Source: an uncultured delta proteobacterium (GTDB lineage: Bacteria; Desulfobacterota; Binatia; UBA9968). From it: 64,000 nucleotides of DNA. Shown here one piece after another: positions 1 to 8,579 of the stretch. The first letter of the stretch is position 1. The number at the start of each line of letters is the position of its first letter. Made by a program: the position numbers and the translations under genes. Under the pieces are notes generated by a model. It made no database searches, was not told where the DNA came from, and saw nothing but the letters and a program-made list of their open reading frames with translations. The stretch is taken from NCBI GenBank assembly GCA_963745035.1, contig CAVUVW010000002.1:96001-160000 (forward strand). Direction: 5' to 3'.

Positions 1-282
1 AGGATTGTTAAATACGAAGCCCGATTGCATCAGGCCGCTTTTGTAGTCGAGCTCTGTGCCGTCGAGATGAAGAATGCTCTTCGAGTCGAGCAAGACACGG
101 GCCCCGGTGTTTTCGAACACGTGGTCTTCGCTCTCGGGAGAATCAATACCCATCTTGTACTCAAAGCCCGAGCATCCGCCCTCGACAACCTGAACGCGCA
201 AGCCCTGCCCCGTTTTTGCGCCCACGAGAAGAGCCCGGATTTTTTCCGCCGCGCGATCGGTAATGGTTATTTCTCCAGACAT
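1..282 (-). CDS. A-type Fe-S cluster carrier (IscA/ErpA/HesB family), runs off window start
   Basis: Manual translation from ATG at 282: MSGEITITDRAAEKIR...GLRVQVVEGGCSGFEYKM...LDGTELDYKSGLMQSGFVFNNP. GGCSG and F.F.NP motifs. Absent from the ORF track. Confidence 0.92.
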   Translation of the reverse strand, partial: MSGEITITDRAAEKIRALLVGAKTGQGLRVQVVEGGCSGFEYKMGIDSPESEDHVFENTGARVLLDSKSILHLDGTELDYKSGLMQSGFVFNNP

Positions 283-315
283 AAAGGTGGATCTTGTTTA
301 GAGTGGCCGACCAGC

Positions 316-810
316 TCAGGTTGCCACCTGAGTATCTCTTACCAGCCACTTCTCTTGCATGATCTTGTCCTGGATTCTAAGCAGCCCCTCGGTCAGGGCT
401 TCCGGCCGCGGCGGGCAGCCCGGGACGTAGACGTCGACAGGAATGATCTTGTCCACGCCTTTGCAGACCGAGTAGGCGAGCTGGAAAAGGCCGCCGCAGT
501 TGGCGCAGCTTCCCATCGAGATCACGTATTTCGGATCAGGCATCTGGTCATAGAGGAGCTTAGTTCGCTTGGCCATTTTATAAGTCAGTGTGCCGGCGAC
601 AATCATCAAATCTGATTGCCGCGGCGTTGCGCGCGGCACCGCGCCGAAGCGATCGATGTCGGCGCGCGGCCCGCCCGTCTGCATCAATTCGATCGCGCAA
701 CAAGCCAAGCCGAATAGCATGTACCACTGCGAAGACGCTCGGCCCCAGTTGAGCAAGTCGTCTACCTTGGTCGTAAAAACCGTTTCCGGCAATTGGTTGA
801 GTAATGACGT
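316..810 (-). CDS. nuoB: NADH-quinone oxidoreductase subunit B
   Basis: [17 protein letters not shown] and [11 protein letters not shown] motifs. AGGAGG sits 5 nt before an in-frame ACG at 810; the ORF track starts at TTG 792. Confidence 0.95.
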   Translation of the reverse strand, partial: TSLLNQLPETVFTTKVDDLLNWGRASSQWYMLFGLACCAIELMQTGGPRADIDRFGAVPRATPRQSDLMIVAGTLTYKMAKRTKLLYDQMPDPKYVISMGSCANCGGLFQLAYSVCKGVDKIIPVDVYVPGCPPRPEALTEGLLRIQDKIMQEKWLVRDTQVAT

Positions 811-843
811 AAAAGCCTCCTGATTATTGTAGGCCGATGACCG

Positions 844-1053
844 TCAGTTGTGATCGATCCACTGCATCGCATCTTTCAAGGCGAACTCATCGGCTTCGTC
901 TTTCGACAAAAACACTTTGTCGAGTCGGTCGCGACCGGATAGAACATCGTCCTGGCGCGTCAGTTTAAATCGGGCAATCCAACCGCTGCTATGGGTCAGC
1001 TGATACGATTCAATGTGAATGAGACAGTTCCGATAGGGAATGTTATTTTGCGT
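844..1053 (-). CDS. Small hypothetical protein (Y...W...F..K.EA...A..WID pattern), similar to 5825..6070
   Basis: C-terminal 69 aa of ORF 844..1266. AAGGAG precedes an in-frame ACG at 1053. Start uncertain. Confidence 0.6.
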   Translation of the reverse strand, partial: TQNNIPYRNCLIHIESYQLTHSSGWIARFKLTRQDDVLSGRDRLDKVFLSKDEADEFALKDAMQWIDHN

Positions 1054-1322
1054 CTCGCTCCTTTGCTGAATGCCGAGAGACCCGCACAACTTCCGGAGCG
1101 CAATCTCCTGCGCTCGCCAGGTGTGCGTTGTGAAAAATTCTCGGGTGCACGGTGATGACGACTTCCTAGTTCCGGAGTTGAAAATGCTGACTTTCATGCC
1201 GTCTCTGGAATGATCGGTCACACCCACCTCGATACCGCATTGAAAGCGATCGCGTTGAACGGACAATTCTTGCCACGCCTTGGCCGGAGCTGACGGCCGT
1301 TTGCTTGGAGGGCTGAGAAAGA

Positions 1323-1374
1323 AGGCTTACTTGAAGGACTTCAGGTAACCGCGGTCGGGAACCCTGCGCATTTA
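1323..1374. repeat. ~52-nt non-coding inverted-repeat element, copy 1 (copy 2 at 23992..24043)
   Basis: AGGCTTACTTGAAGGACTTCAGGTAACC...AACCCTGCGCATTTA versus AGGCTTACCTGATAATTTCAAGTAACC...AACCCTGTGCCTTTA. Confidence 0.6.
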
Positions 1375-1482
1375 GAAATACTCATCAAGCCTAGGTCAAT
1401 TAAGCCCCTATAGCAAGGTGATACACACTCGACATCCATTGAGCTCAAGGCTCATCTGAATCAACCGATCTGCAGCGCAGAA

Positions 1483-2598
1483 TTATGCATTATCCGGGGC
1501 TCCCATCATTTTCGATCGTGTCGCCTGCAAGGAGCGAAAACCAACCAGTTGCTGGTTTTTTACATCGCACAAACTGAGTCGCAGAGAGCGGAAACTTGTC
1601 TTTAGCGTGATGGGCTTGACGGTCTGAAAGGCCGGGACGTCATCCTGGCATTGTTGCAGATTGTAGTTAGGGATGCTCGGTCGCACGTGATGAATGTGAT
1701 GCAGGCCGATGTTTCCGGTAAACCACTGAAGGATTTTCGGTAGCTTGAAATAGGAGCTGCCTTCAAGCGCGACTCGCATGGGATCCCAAGAGTCGTGTCG
1801 TACCCAATATGCGGTTTCGAATTGATGCTGCATGTAGAACAGCCACAACCCAACACTGCCGGCGATCACAATGATGGGCAATTGAATCAAAAGGTACGTC
1901 GGTAGACCGATGGTCCAGGTCGCGATTCCGACGATGACCAAGATCGCCAAGTTGGTGTAGAGCACGCTCGCGCGCTCTCTCTTTCCGGCCCCTTTGATAG
2001 GAAATCGGTGCAAGAATAGAAAGAGCAGCACCGAGCCTGGTCCGAGCAGAATAAAAGGATTACGGTAAAATCGGTAAGTGAGGCGCTTCGGTAGCGGCGC
2101 CGCCAGATACTCTTCTGTCGTCATCGTCCAGATATCGCCGACTCCTCGGCGATCCAGATCTCCCGCCGTGGCGTGATGCCGGTTGTGCACGCGGCGCCAG
2201 TCTTCAAACGCCGTGAAGGTCAAAACACCCGTGATGTAGCCGAGGATTGTGTTTGCTCGTCGTGACGCGAAGAAAGAACCATGACAACAGTCATGGAACA
2301 GAATGAAAACTCGTACCAGGACGCCTGCCGCAATAACGTTGAGCGCCAGGGTGATCCAATAGGGGTACGCCCCTTGGACAGTGCAGATCATCAGGGCCCA
2401 CAACAGACCGTACAGGCCTAACGTGTTGAGGATTTGCCAGATTGATTTCCGCAGATTTGGTTTTCGATACTTGGCGGAGATCCGATACCAATCGGGTTTG
2501 GCGGTTTCGGTTTCGGCGTACTTCGCGCCGGTGAGTTGTTCTCGTCTCGTGTTGACCAGAATAATATCCTTTTTTTTGGCGCTCCGCCGGAAGTTGAT
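1483..2598 (-). CDS. Membrane fatty acid desaturase (Bacillus Des-like)
   Basis: His boxes HDCCH, HNRHH, HHIHH. The frame stays open upstream of TTG 2403 through the conserved W..Y..P...SIWQ..NT segment to ATC 2598, which has GGAGGT 6 nt upstream. Confidence 0.93.
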   Translation of the reverse strand: MNFRRSAKKKDIILVNTRREQLTGAKYAETETAKPDWYRISAKYRKPNLRKSIWQILNTLGLYGLLWALMICTVQGAYPYWITLALNVIAAGVLVRVFILFHDCCHGSFFASRRANTILGYITGVLTFTAFEDWRRVHNRHHATAGDLDRRGVGDIWTMTTEEYLAAPLPKRLTYRFYRNPFILLGPGSVLLFLFLHRFPIKGAGKRERASVLYTNLAILVIVGIATWTIGLPTYLLIQLPIIVIAGSVGLWLFYMQHQFETAYWVRHDSWDPMRVALEGSSYFKLPKILQWFTGNIGLHHIHHVRPSIPNYNLQQCQDDVPAFQTVKPITLKTSFRSLRLSLCDVKNQQLVGFRSLQATRSKMMGAPDNA

Positions 2599-2622
2599 CG
2601 CTTGACCTCCGCGAGCCTCGTA

Positions 2623-2940
2623 CTACGCCGCGCTCGCAGCGGGCTTATGGAAGGTGGAGTCTAAGACGTCGAAAGTTTCTACTATAGGCAAACTTTCAAC
2701 TACCTTCGACAAAACTCTCAAGACATCGAGGTAAGCGATGTGATTGTAAGCGTCCGCATCTTCCTGGTTGTCCCAGAAACTAATGGCGATCGCCTCATTC
2801 CGCTTGGAGGCAACGAGAATAATCTCATCCTGAAATCCTTTTTGTGCACGCAACAGTGGAATGACCTTCTGCAAAAAAAGACGCCTGAACTCTTGGACGG
2901 TGTCGGCTCTAAGCTTGATTCTGAGCTTGCGCGTGTACAT
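2623..2940 (-). CDS. Antibiotic-biosynthesis-monooxygenase-like (dimeric alpha-beta barrel) protein
   Basis: V.PLLR.QKGF...AISFW....DA.AY pattern. Confidence 0.7.
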   Translation of the reverse strand: MYTRKLRIKLRADTVQEFRRLFLQKVIPLLRAQKGFQDEIILVASKRNEAIAISFWDNQEDADAYNHIAYLDVLRVLSKVVESLPIVETFDVLDSTFHKPAASAA

Positions 2941-2992
2941 TCATTGTCCCGCAGGGCGAACTAGGAGGGCAACTATATGCGATTGGACACAT

Positions 2993-3577
2993 TCAGCGCC
3001 CGCCAGACGTAAGAGCTGGTCGGGTATATTTGATATACCGGCGCCGGCGTGGCAACCCTACTCCGCCATCGGCGCTGTTCTTAAGCAGAGACCCTTTGCT
3101 TGCCAGGGCTCTGTCTATCTGTCCCTCCGCAGCATCTCTGCTCTCTGCCAGCACTTCGGAGATTTCGCAGATCAGGAACTTTCTTGCTTTCTCCAGGGCT
3201 TGCCGATCGCGCGGCAGGAGCACCTTGGCGCCGCTCAACTCAGTGAGGGACTGAACGATTTCGGCCAAGTCAAATGCCGACCCCGAGGCTAAAAGTTTCG
3301 CGTTGTCGATACCGCGCTGCTTCCAATTCTTCGCCGCTAGAGATGAATCTTGTAAATGACCGAGCAGTTTTGGAATCTCCGATTTAGCGAGCAAGTGCCG
3401 GACGTGGAGCGCCCTGAGTTTTTCGACAGGGACGAGAACCGCGTCACGCTTATCGTCCAACAAGGAAAGCCTATAGAAGTTAGACGGATCGCCGGCAATT
3501 GTTTTCGTAACCACTGCATCGATCAGGCACGGACCCTGAGATGGATAAACAACTTTATCGCCGATCATGAACGTCAT
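2993..3577 (-). CDS. CarD/CdnL family transcription factor
   Basis: F.IGDKVVYP..G N-terminus; NWKQR and L.SGS..DLAE motifs. Confidence 0.9.
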   Translation of the reverse strand: MTFMIGDKVVYPSQGPCLIDAVVTKTIAGDPSNFYRLSLLDDKRDAVLVPVEKLRALHVRHLLAKSEIPKLLGHLQDSSLAAKNWKQRGIDNAKLLASGSAFDLAEIVQSLTELSGAKVLLPRDRQALEKARKFLICEISEVLAESRDAAEGQIDRALASKGSLLKNSADGGVGLPRRRRYIKYTRPALTSGGR

Positions 3578-3698
3578 TTGTTTTCTTTCCGATTGGCAAC
3601 CTTACATACGGACCGAGACGGGCAAACCATCATCGGTGATCTCCAACACCACATTCCCCTCCGCACGATAGCCCTTGATCGTCAAACAACTCCATCCG

Positions 3699-4112
3699 TC
3701 ATAGCTTCGACCTCAGAGTTTGTGGCGACACGGCTAACCGAAACTCATCGAGCAATTCCACGAGCCGATCGACTTCTTGCAACGCTCCTTGAATGGTCTC
3801 CTGTATTACAGAAATATCGATATCCTTTTTCGCCAAACCATTCCGAGCAAGGCCTGCGAGATCCTTCAATGCAAATTGCAGGGACGCCGAGAGCCCGCTC
3901 AAAGGATCGGCGACTTCATGGGCAAACACCGCAGCCAGGTTATCCAATTCGGCGAATCGGTCGTGCCGCGTTCTGTTCTCGACGAGTTTGTCATAACGCG
4001 ATTGATCCTGATGGCCGTTGCAATACACCAGTTTCAACCGCCGATCGGCGTCCGCCTCATTGGCCTCCTGCTCGATACCGCTGGGGGCGGTTTCATCCGG
4101 TATTCGTTCCAC
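3699..4112 (-). CDS. Stand-alone HisKA (phospho-acceptor) domain protein
   Basis: H-box-like LAAVFAHEVADPL; no HATPase domain; GGAG before GTG start. Confidence 0.7.
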   Translation of the reverse strand: MERIPDETAPSGIEQEANEADADRRLKLVYCNGHQDQSRYDKLVENRTRHDRFAELDNLAAVFAHEVADPLSGLSASLQFALKDLAGLARNGLAKKDIDISVIQETIQGALQEVDRLVELLDEFRLAVSPQTLRSKL

Positions 4113-4278
4113 AGATTCTCCTATTTCGAATGGATAACTAGACCATGCCAGAGATCAGTCTTCCTGGCGGTCTGTTTGCAAGATAAACAACCAGGGTGCG
4201 GTAGTTGGCGTCTCTCAAAACACCTCGTTGCCTCTAATTCCATGATAGCCAATCGCGCGCCGATTAAGAAATGGCGAT

Positions 4279-4294
4279 TGTCTAATATTGAACA
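4279..4294. promoter_or_regulatory. Crp-like palindromic operator, site 1
   Basis: TGTCTAATATTGAACA; minus-strand -10 TATCAT at 4242-4247, gap 31 nt. Confidence 0.8.
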
Positions 4295-4308
4295 ACCCTG
4301 AATAAATT

Positions 4309-4728
4309 TTATTCAGCAGTATGAACAGGCGCTCCAAGCTTTGCCGACGTTGCGTCGAGGCGAGATGGCGTCCAATGCTTAAGCTTGTGCCGTATGTACT
4401 GGGGTTCCAACCCGAGTGCGTCGCAGACGGACAGAAAGGAGAAGAGCCGGCGAGAGTTGTCGCTGAAGAACCAATCCTCAGCTTCGTGCGCGCTCTGTAT
4501 GCGCGGCTGATCCCCTTCAAATTGGTTATGAAAGCAAAGAAATGCGTCTTCGAGCACGGCATACATCAAGGCCGTCTCCGGGCACACCTTAGTGAGCTTG
4601 ACTCTAGAGTCGAAAAACTGTTCGGGAAGCACGGCGTGTTCGAAGGGCCGATCATACGTTGCGACCCGGTGCGTCGACCCGCTCAGGCGCGCACGGCGGC
4701 GGTGGGTGGTGATATTGGTGTCGCGCAT
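4309..4728 (-). CDS. Hypothetical protein, paralogue of 28200..28772
   Basis: Shared core PE.ALM.A.L.DA...F...EAE.W.FSD.SR.LFSFLSVCDAL.L.PQYIR..LK.W. Confidence 0.8.
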   Translation of the reverse strand: MRDTNITTHRRRARLSGSTHRVATYDRPFEHAVLPEQFFDSRVKLTKVCPETALMYAVLEDAFLCFHNQFEGDQPRIQSAHEAEDWFFSDNSRRLFSFLSVCDALGLEPQYIRHKLKHWTPSRLDATSAKLGAPVHTAE

Positions 4729-4851
4729 TGCGCCCTCTCTAAAAGTTGCGGAACAGTGGGCGATGAAATGTCACATCCGAATGTTCGCGCTCGCACCCGC
4801 GTTGATGTCGGTCGCGGTTCAAACACGCTATGTTGTCTCGGCGCGGGTTAC

Positions 4852-4867
4852 TGTCTAATTCTGTACG
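4852..4867. promoter_or_regulatory. Crp-like palindromic operator, site 2
   Basis: TGTCTAATTCTGTACG; minus-strand -10 TAGCGT at 4825-4830, gap 21 nt. Confidence 0.6.
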
Positions 4868-4963
4868 CTTCTGCAAATATCGCGGATATTCTGTTGATTT
4901 ATTATCGCTAACGGAATGGCCCACATCTCGATAATCCGGAACCTAGCGCGCTGGTAGACGCAC

Positions 4964-5665
4964 TCATGCTGCTGTTCCGAAGAGGGCGCCAATCCCCGCG
5001 GTCACTCCCATCGCCAGCGCGCCCCATAGCGTGACGCGCAGCGCGCCTACCGTTACCGGCGCGCCGCCCGCGCGCGCGGCCAACCCGCCCAATAGCGCCA
5101 GGAAAACCAGTGAAGTTCCAGAGACGAGAGGGATTAGGCTCGCCTCGGGAACTAATGCCGCGGTCGCGATCGGCATCGCCGCTCCCACAGCAAAACTACC
5201 GGCCGACGCCAGCGCAGCTTGAATCGGCCGCGCATTGAGAGTCACGGAGATACCGAGTTCGTCGCGGGCATGCGCGCCGATCGCGTCATGGGCCATGAGT
5301 TGATCGGCGACCTGTTTCGCGAGCGCAGGATCGAGGCCGCGACCGACGTAGATCGCCGAGAGTTCCCTGTGCTCGCCGGGAGCGTCTAATTTTAGTTCCG
5401 TGCGCTCGAGCGCAAGATCGGCCTGTTCGGTGTCGGCCTGTGAATGGACAGACACGTATTCGCCGGCAGCCATCGACATAGCTCCGGCTACGAGTCCGGC
5501 GACTCCCGCGACCAGCACGCTGCTGTGAGTCGCATGCGCGGCGGCGACACCCAGCACCAGACTCGCCGTCGAAACGATACCGTCGTTCGCGCCCAATACC
5601 GTCGCGCGTAACCAGCCGATGCGTTCTGTGCGGTGTCGTTCTCTGTGTCTTAACGACATACTCAT
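4964..5665 (-). CDS. VIT1/CCC1 family Fe/Mn transporter
   Basis: WLRA.VLGANDGIVS and GAMSMAAGEYVSV motifs. Confidence 0.95.
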   Translation of the reverse strand: MSMSLRHRERHRTERIGWLRATVLGANDGIVSTASLVLGVAAAHATHSSVLVAGVAGLVAGAMSMAAGEYVSVHSQADTEQADLALERTELKLDAPGEHRELSAIYVGRGLDPALAKQVADQLMAHDAIGAHARDELGISVTLNARPIQAALASAGSFAVGAAMPIATAALVPEASLIPLVSGTSLVFLALLGGLAARAGGAPVTVGALRVTLWGALAMGVTAGIGALFGTAA

Positions 5666-5824
5666 CGTGTCCTCGCTGCGTCGAAAACAACCGCTTTACA
5701 AAGGCGGCACCTTCGCAACCGGAAAGTAGATCAGCGCGCCAAGATTACGAAACTGTCGAACAGCCTTTGGTCTCACGTGTCGGACGCACCGCGGTTCAGA
5801 TAAGCGATAACTCGTAAGGATTAC

Positions 5825-6070
5825 TTAGATGACGGAATTTTTAACTGGATGCCTATTCCGGAGGCGGTTATCAACCCATTCGCGGGCGATCTGGAAAGCC
5901 GAATTTTCAGCTTCCGCGGCGTGCAGAAAGCGATCTTGAGGATGACCTTTAATCGAGACCACCTGCTTCTTTCCTTCCTCGTTCCAACAAACACTGGCGA
6001 GAGGAAGCCAGAAGCAGTCCCCGGCATCGCGTCGAACGTCGATAAAGATCAGATGTTCTTTGTAAGTCAT
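5825..6070 (-). CDS. Small hypothetical protein, similar to 844..1053
   Basis: MTYKEHLI...W...RF..AAEAE..A..IAREWVD. Confidence 0.65.
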   Translation of the reverse strand: MTYKEHLIFIDVRRDAGDCFWLPLASVCWNEEGKKQVVSIKGHPQDRFLHAAEAENSAFQIAREWVDNRLRNRHPVKNSVI

Positions 6071-6273
6071 TCGCGCACCATCTCGCGTCGCGATTATTCG
6101 GGACTTCAGATTTCGTAGATTACGCTGCGGAGGCGCTGAGGACGCCGAGGAGAAAGGAAAAAAACAATCTCTACGAACTCTGTGCCTCTGCGGTGAGCGG
6201 TTTTCCTGCTTGCGGTCCTGTCGCGCTGAGCTCTGTGATAAATGCTCATCCTCAACAAACCGGAACGTATTCT

Positions 6274-7731
6274 CTAACCGACGCTGCCTTCGAGACTCAC
6301 GCTCAAGAGCTTCTGCGCTTCCACAGCAAATTCCATCGGCAGCTCGCGAAATACCTGTTTGCAGAAGCCATTGACGATCAAAGTTACGGCGTCCTCGGGT
6401 GAAATGCCGCGCTGCCGGCAGTAGAAAAGCTGATCCTCTCCGATCCTTGACGTCGAAGCCTCATGTTCCACCTGCGAGGAGTTGTTCATGACTTCAAGGT
6501 AAGGGAACGTATGCGCGCCGCACTTATCGCCGAGCAGCAACGAGTCGCACTGGGAGTAATTACGCGCACCGCTGGCGCCCCTCGCCACTCGCACGAGCCC
6601 CCGATAGGTGTTCTGTCCATGTCCTGCCGAGATGCCCTTCGAAATGATCGTGCTCTTGGTATTTTTGCCGATGTGGATCATCTTGGTGCCCGTGTCCGCC
6701 TGCTGGAAATTGTTGGTGAGCGCAACCGAATGAAACGCTCCGACTGAGTTATCACCCTGCAGGATGCAGCTAGGATATTTCCAGGTGATGGCCGATCCGG
6801 TCTCGACCTGGGTCCAGGAAATCTTGGAGTTGGTTCCCAGACATTTTCCCCGCTTGGTGACAAAATTGTAGATTCCGCCTTTGCCGTCCTTGTCGCCGGG
6901 ATACCAGTTCTGCACCGTCGAGTACTTGATCGTCGCATTGTCCAGCGCAACGAGCTCCACCACGGCGGCATGCAACTGATTTTCATCGCGCATCGGCGCG
7001 GTGCATCCTTCCAGGTAACTCACCGAGCTGCCCTCATCGGCCACGATCAACGTTCGCTCAAACTGGCCGGTTTCAGCGGCATTGATGCGAAAGTAAGTCG
7101 ATAGCTCCATCGGACAGCGCACGCCTTTCGGGATGTAACAGAACGAGCCGTCGCTGAAGACCGCGGCGTTCAAAGCGGCGAAGAAGTTGTCGCTGTAAGG
7201 CACCACCGAGCCGAGGTATTTTCTGACTAACACCGGATGCTTCTGTACAGCTTCCGAAAAGGAACAAAAGATGACTCCCAACTCCGCTAACTTTTTCTTG
7301 AATGTCGTCGCCACCGAGACGCTGTCAAAGACCGCATCGACCGCGACGCCGCTGAGCCACTTTTGCTCCGCTAAAGGGATGCCGAGCTTCTCATAAGTTT
7401 CGAGCAGTTTAGGATCGACTTCTTCGAGGCTCTTTAGGCTCCCGTTTGTTTTCGGCGCCGAGTAATAGATGAGATTTTGATAGTCGATCGGCGCATAGTG
7501 GACATTGGCCCATTTCGGCTCCGCCTCGGACTTTTTCAATTTCACCCAGTGGCGGTAGGCTTTGAGGCGCCAGTCCAGCATGAAGTTCGGCTCGTTCTTC
7601 TTCGCCGAAATCAAGCGAACGGTTGCCTCGCTCAGCCCGCGAGGCACGGCGTCGTTCTCAATGTCGGTGACAAACCCGTACTTGTACTCCTGGTTGACCA
7701 GCGCCTCCGTCGTCTGTGTGGCAGTATTCAT
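6274..7731 (-). CDS. sufB: Fe-S cluster assembly scaffold SufB
   Basis: Full length; [34 protein letters not shown] and EHEASTS motifs. Confidence 0.98.
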   Translation of the reverse strand: MNTATQTTEALVNQEYKYGFVTDIENDAVPRGLSEATVRLISAKKNEPNFMLDWRLKAYRHWVKLKKSEAEPKWANVHYAPIDYQNLIYYSAPKTNGSLKSLEEVDPKLLETYEKLGIPLAEQKWLSGVAVDAVFDSVSVATTFKKKLAELGVIFCSFSEAVQKHPVLVRKYLGSVVPYSDNFFAALNAAVFSDGSFCYIPKGVRCPMELSTYFRINAAETGQFERTLIVADEGSSVSYLEGCTAPMRDENQLHAAVVELVALDNATIKYSTVQNWYPGDKDGKGGIYNFVTKRGKCLGTNSKISWTQVETGSAITWKYPSCILQGDNSVGAFHSVALTNNFQQADTGTKMIHIGKNTKSTIISKGISAGHGQNTYRGLVRVARGASGARNYSQCDSLLLGDKCGAHTFPYLEVMNNSSQVEHEASTSRIGEDQLFYCRQRGISPEDAVTLIVNGFCKQVFRELPMEFAVEAQKLLSVSLEGSVG

Positions 7732-7869
7732 GACTTCAGCCTTCCTTCATTTGCCGGTTGCCAAAACCTGCCCAAAGGTCGCGTCGCCGAGAAAAGTGTC
7801 CTTTCTCAGGCTCGGAAGAACGCTCCCATGCCATAGTGCATACCCTATCCCGATCGTAACAGCTCGCTG

Positions 7870-8172
7870 TTAGTTCCTCGCTAGATGCCCGGCTAATTCG
7901 AGCGCCTTGAGACGATGGCCCAGCTTTTCTTGAAACCACGTATCCCTGGGCCAGTGCCACTTCGCATGCGGCAGCGCCTCGTCGCGGTATGAGCAGCCGT
8001 TCACCTTGCTCTGCAAGAATACGAGCTGCCAATAGCTCACCTTCTCCTCTTCCGCACTATCAGCAAGAGTTCTGCTCAAGACCTCATTGACTCGCGCTGC
8101 AAGCCCGCTCAAGGAATTTTGCGTCAAGAATCCAGGGAGAAACGATAGCTTTTCCGAATGATCCAACTTCAT
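7870..8172 (-). CDS. Hypothetical protein
   Basis: GGAGG before ATG 8172; lies downstream of operator site 3. Confidence 0.6.
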   Translation of the reverse strand: MKLDHSEKLSFLPGFLTQNSLSGLAARVNEVLSRTLADSAEEEKVSYWQLVFLQSKVNGCSYRDEALPHAKWHWPRDTWFQEKLGHRLKALELAGHLARN

Positions 8173-8344
8173 GACTGTCCTCCAAAATATTTCTTCGGGC
8201 TCCAAACTCTCACCTCACACACGAGACGGTATCCGCGTTCACGCCAAATGGAGAGACCGAGAAAACCATGGAAGTCGTCGCTTAACAGACCACTTCCCGG
8301 CGTCCTCTCTTTGATTCAATGTAAGGCGGCTTGTCAGAAGTTTC

Positions 8345-8360
8345 TGTCTAATATTGGACG
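8345..8360. promoter_or_regulatory. Crp-like palindromic operator, site 3
   Basis: TGTCTAATATTGGACG; minus-strand -10 TACATT at 8318-8323, gap 21 nt. Confidence 0.75.
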
Positions 8361-8579
8361 AGTCAACAATTAATTATCCAGGTCTGTTTTTATGTTACTT
8401 TCCATGAATTTTGCCTATTCACCACCAATTTCATTATGGATTTTCAAAGAGCGCGTGCCGGATGATGCAAGCCCTCGAAGATTTCTTTGACAAAGGTCCG
8501 ACGCGTACTTACCTATACCGTAGAGGCAGAAAATTTATCTTTTCAGATCACCTGCTGATTTCGAGCTAAGGAAGCATTC

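Noticed and set aside
4165-4180. Plus-strand GG-N10-GC sigma54-like motif (TGGCGGTCTGTTTGCA)
   Set aside because: No credible plus-strand gene lies downstream.
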